Shown here piece by piece: positions 59,800-64,000 of a DNA stretch of 64,000 bases (position 1 is its first letter; each line of letters begins with the position of its first letter). The stretch is from the NCBI GenBank assembly GCA_964016885.1, contig OZ024745.1:89652001-89716000 (forward strand), written 5' to 3'. The DNA is from Eledone cirrhosa. Taxonomy: Eukaryota. The notes beneath the pieces are model-generated. The model saw only the letters and a program-made list of their open reading frames with translations, was not told where the DNA came from and searched no databases. The position numbers and the translations under genes are program-made.

Positions 59800-60625
59800 A
59801 TAATATACTTTTTGTTGTAGTTGGCTGTTATGGTTGTTGGCTATGTCGGTGGTGGTGCCGGGGCTTTTTATATTGTTGGTGAGGAAGGGGTGAGCCAGCA
59901 GTCCCATAATTGTTGATGTAGACGTTTGGCCGGTGGCAAGGTCACCAAGTCAATCTATTTATATTTTTTGCTAGCCTCTCTCTTGTCTAGTGATACCGCC
60001 ACCTTCCTCTTTCTCTCTCAAGTTAACAGGGGAATAGTGTCGGTAGCATTGAATGAGTGGTGGCGGCGATGATGGATGCGGTGGGGTGGTGGCAGCGGTG
60101 GTGTTGTGGTTACTGATATAGTATCTATGAGTTTGTGTTCGTATGTTTAATATATATTTTTATTATATTTTGTGTTGACATATTCCCGTAAAATTTGAAT
60201 TAAACATTTTTTAAAATTTGAGACAATAATAATAGTAATTATTATGATGCTGGTGAAATTGCCGTTATCTGGCTGTTATATTTAGTGTGATGGGATAGGT
60301 AGTGTATCAAGTTTCTGGTGTTGGTGAAATTGCTGCTATTTGGCTGTGCTATATAGTGTAGACAGAGGGTGTTTTGTTCCATTTATAACCATTTTCTTTT
60401 TTTTTAATGCAAAATATATAATACAAAATTGAATATTTGAGCGATACAACATTATAATATGGATCCGAAACTTTATGGGACCTCATTCGGTGCATTTATG
60501 CAACATTTGTGCTAAGAATTATTCTTTCACAATTGATTTAAATATGTTAAAAATCAAAATCTTACGGGAGCAATTTCGTGACGTTCTACCACCTCGTGCG
60601 TCTTCTTCCCTTCTTCTTCTTCTTC
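59800..60625 (-). other. Possible degraded 5' end/ORF1 start of another LINE
   Basis: Begins at a (CTT)/(ATT) tract; C/A-rich low-complexity - strand like the ORF1 region at 50011; no intact ORF. Confidence 0.3.
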
Positions 60626-60644
60626 TTATTATTATTATTATTAT

Positions 60645-60702
60645 TAATAAAGTACCAGTAATGTACTGGGTAATTGCTGGCCTTGTGCCTAAAGTAGAAA
60701 CA

Positions 60703-60705
<3 letters not shown>
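60645..60705 (+). mobile_element. SINE 3' tail only, in (ATT)n; another on the - strand at 59745-59790
   Basis: aataaagtaccagtaatgtactgggtaattgctggccttgtgcctaaagtagaaacaattatt. Confidence 0.8.
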
Positions 60706-60741
<36 letters not shown>

Positions 60742-63700
60742 GTTGTTATTCCTTGAATCTCAGTCATTGATGTTGGTTAACTGGAAAGTCCGTTGGATTG
60801 AATATCAAGCCACTACCTGCAGCCTCAGATATTCAGGACGTATCGGAGGGTTCTTGCTGTTCCAAGCAAGCATGCCTTTTGAAGCGTTCCAAAAAGCGTG
60901 AAGGGGCCGATTTTCTTTAACCATCCCTGGAAACTTTTGGAGATAGTCCCCAGTGCGCCTATGACAATCGGGATCACTTTGACTTCATGGCAGTTCCAAA
61001 TCCTTTTCACCTCCCACTTTAGGTCCTGGTATCGGTTAATTTTCTCCCTCTCCTTCTCTTGCACTCTCGTGTCGAACGGGCAGGCCACATCCACAATCAG
61101 ACACGATCTTTTTTCTTTGTCCACAACCACCAGGTCAGGTCTATTGTGTTCCAGTTTTTTGTCCGTCTGTATCCTAAAATCCCACAGCACTTTCACCTGA
61201 TTGTTCTCCATCACCGCCTCTGGCCTATGCTCATACCATTTCTCAGAATGTGGTAAATTGTTTACTTTGCACAGGTGCCAGTGGATCACCCTGCCCATCA
61301 CATCGTGTCTCCAGCCCTTATAGTGGGTCTGGGCTAGGTGTTTACACTCGGACACAATGTGAGCCACAGTCTCCTCTCTCTCTCTCCACAGATCCTGCAC
61401 AGTGGGCTAGCCTCCTCCTTGTAAATATGGTGCTTCAACGACTTCGTTTTGAGGGCCTGCTCCTGCGCAGCCATTAGCATTCCTTCTGTAGCCTTTTTGA
61501 GGTCTCCTCTTCTCAACCAGTTCCATGTCTGTGGATCTCTAAATTCAGTTTTCTCAAAGAAGGTACTATGAAGGGATTTTCCCTTAAGGCTGCTCTTCCT
61601 CCTTGATGTTATTTCCTCCTTGGACATCCCCTGGCCTACTGTCCCCTCCTTCAGTACAGCTCTGAGCATTGGCTCCTTACTATAGGTCACGTATTTGTAT
61701 AGGTTGTTTTTCTCCATCTGAACACAGTCCTCTATGCTGATAAGACCTCTTCCACCCTCAGATCTCCTTAGGTAGAGTCTATCGACATCACTCCTCTTGT
61801 GGAACATGTTGTAGATAGTCAATAGCTTCCTAGTCTTCCTATCCATTTCTTTTTGTTCAGCAACATTCCATCTCAGAATTCCCGCACTGTACCTAATAAT
61901 AGACACAGCTCGGGAATTTACTGCGCTTATGGCATTTCTGCTGTTCAGATGTGATTCAATACGCTCCTTACTCTCCGAATGTATTCAGTTCTTAACAATT
62001 CCTTCATTTTTTTGTTCTTTATGCCATCAGCCTCCAGAACGCCCAAATACTTGTATCCTTCCTCAGAGTCAATTTCCTTTATCATCTCACCTGTTGGTAT
62101 CTGGATCCCGTTACTTCTGCTCAACCTACCCCTCCTCATCACAATGACTCCACATTTACCAATACCAAACTGCATACATATATCACTGCTGAAAATACGG
62201 ACAGTGTCAACAAGCACATCCAACTCCTTCTCACTTTTCCCGAAGAGCTTAAGATCGTCCATGAAGAGGAGGTGATTGATGGTAAGCTCTCCCCTTCCCA
62301 ACTTGTATCCTGCTCTCACTTTTCGCAGCATAATGGTCAAGGGCATCAGGGCAAGGACAAACAACAGAGGGGACAGGCTATCTCCCTGGAAGGTACCTCT
62401 CTTGATCTTCACGCTTCCCAAGGATACTCCAGTTGATGTCAACTCTGTCTCCCAGGACCCCATACTCCTGCCTAGCAACTGTCTGATGTTATCTGCCACC
62501 CTGAAGATCTCCAGGCTTTTGGTGATCCAAGAATGAGGCACCATGTCAAATGCCTTTCTGTAGTCTATCCATCCCATGGCAAGATCAGTGTGTCTCCTCC
62601 TGCAATTCCCCATTACCATCTTATCAATAAGTAACTGGTTCTTTGTACCACGTGACTTCTTTCGGCATCCTTTCTGTTCGTCCGGTAACAAGTTGTTTGT
62701 GTGGAGGTGATGGTAGATTCCCTCAGACACAATGCTCGTCAACAGTTTCCACATTACGGACAGACATGTGATAGGTCTATAGTTGGTAACATCATTACCC
62801 TTGATTCGGTCTTTCATTATCAGAACTGTGGTACCTTTTGTCAACCACTCTGGCACCTCACCCGACACCAAGCAGTCATTGAACATGGCCGTCAGCTTCG
62901 GGTGGAGGGATGTTAAATGTTTAATCCAATACCCCTGCACACCATCTGGGCCTGGTGATTTCCAGTTGGTTAGTTTTTTGGCCTGCCCCTTAAGAGTTTC
63001 AACTGTGATACTCAAATCAGTTTGTTGTTGTGCCTGCTCACCGATCTCCCTCTGTACTGTCTCAATCCACCCTGCCTGGACATTATGTCTAACATCCTGC
63101 TCCCATATTCCTCTCCAGAATGTTTTAGTTTGCTCCGCCCCAGGGATCAAGTCGTTGCCTCTTTCTTTCCCCTCAAGCTGTCCAAACAGCATCTTCTGGT
63201 TGTTGTCGAACATGCGGTTCTGTTTATACTGACTGACTCTGTTCTCGTATCGCCTGATTTTTGCACTCTTTGCTACAATGCGTTGCTTCAGTTCCTCTAT
63301 GATAATATTTAGCTTTTTCCTCCTAGTTTTGTATTTTATTTCCAGTCTATTTTTAGTGCCTATGTTTTTTAGTGTCCCATTCAGTAGTGACTCAAGCTTT
63401 CCTATGTCATTTCTCATTTCCCCGATTTGCCCACTCAGTCGCTTCTTCTACCACGGCTCTGCTCTTTCTTGTCTGTTGTTTCCTCTCGCTTTTATACCAA
63501 GTAGTTTCCTCACCGTATTTGCTGTTGCTTTGAGGATATTGTTGCACTGGTGAAGGCTCCTCGCCTCAAGGTATGGGATGACTTTGTTTACCTTAGCTGT
63601 TGTTTCTTTTAACTTTTTCCTGTCTACAAATCTTAGGTTCATAGGTCTCCCACTATCATTGTTCAATTCATCTACCACTAAATTTAGGATGTCAACCGAA

Positions 63701-64000
63701 TCTTGTCCTAGCCCGTCAGCATTCATCTCCTCAGTGGCCGTATCTCTGTTCCAGGTATTATTTATCTCAGTATTCAGATCATTGTCTGCTTCGGGTGGTT
63801 CCTCCGTTCTCAGGACCTCTTCACCTTCATTTCCCACTGGCTCGCTTGTCTGGCATACTACACCCGCCATCTCCAAGCCATTCTCTCTGCTCAGTTCCTC
63901 CAGTTCCAGCTCGCTTATCCACCCATTAGTTCTTATTACACGAGCCTGCCCGGCCAATTTTTGTTCATCTAATTTAAATAAACCAATCTCGTTCCAGATG
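60742..64000 (-). mobile_element. R4/Dong-like family 2, continuing beyond the window; ORF broken into four frames (60825-63957)
   Basis: KSPGPDG, YRPITCL, DYRKAFD, FMDD, CRIC..ETVAHIVSEC, RHD, RPDLVV..VDVACP..RYQDL. Confidence 0.92.

Overview
Eukaryotic, AT-rich, repeat-saturated DNA with no convincing host gene. It is probably an octopod cephalopod, inferred from the SINE family and the (AT)n/(ATT)n load. Contents: a degraded autonomous Helitron (1-5630), a non-autonomous Helitron (14318-15233), many tRNA-type SINEs, a mariner remnant, two Penelope-like (GIY-YIG) remnants, an RTE-like fragment, and an 18-kb cluster of non-LTR elements (two R4/Dong-like families and one Tx1/L1 element) separated by (ATT)n tracts. 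The signal the ORF track misses is non-coding. Between about 5.8 and 46.4 kb, many fold-back elements inserted in (AT)n carry type I hammerhead ribozyme (HHR) motifs (stem I-CUGANGA-stem II-GAAA-stem III-UH-stem I), from roughly ten unrelated sequence families. Highlights are a 418-bp tandem array with one minimal HHR per unit (44085-45759, retrozyme-like), a 525-nt HHR-to-HHR unit, a family with a fixed non-canonical core (CAGAAGA), and a ~2.9-kb-arm inverted repeat with an HHR near each outer end. All structures were folded by eye; no activity or expression is shown.
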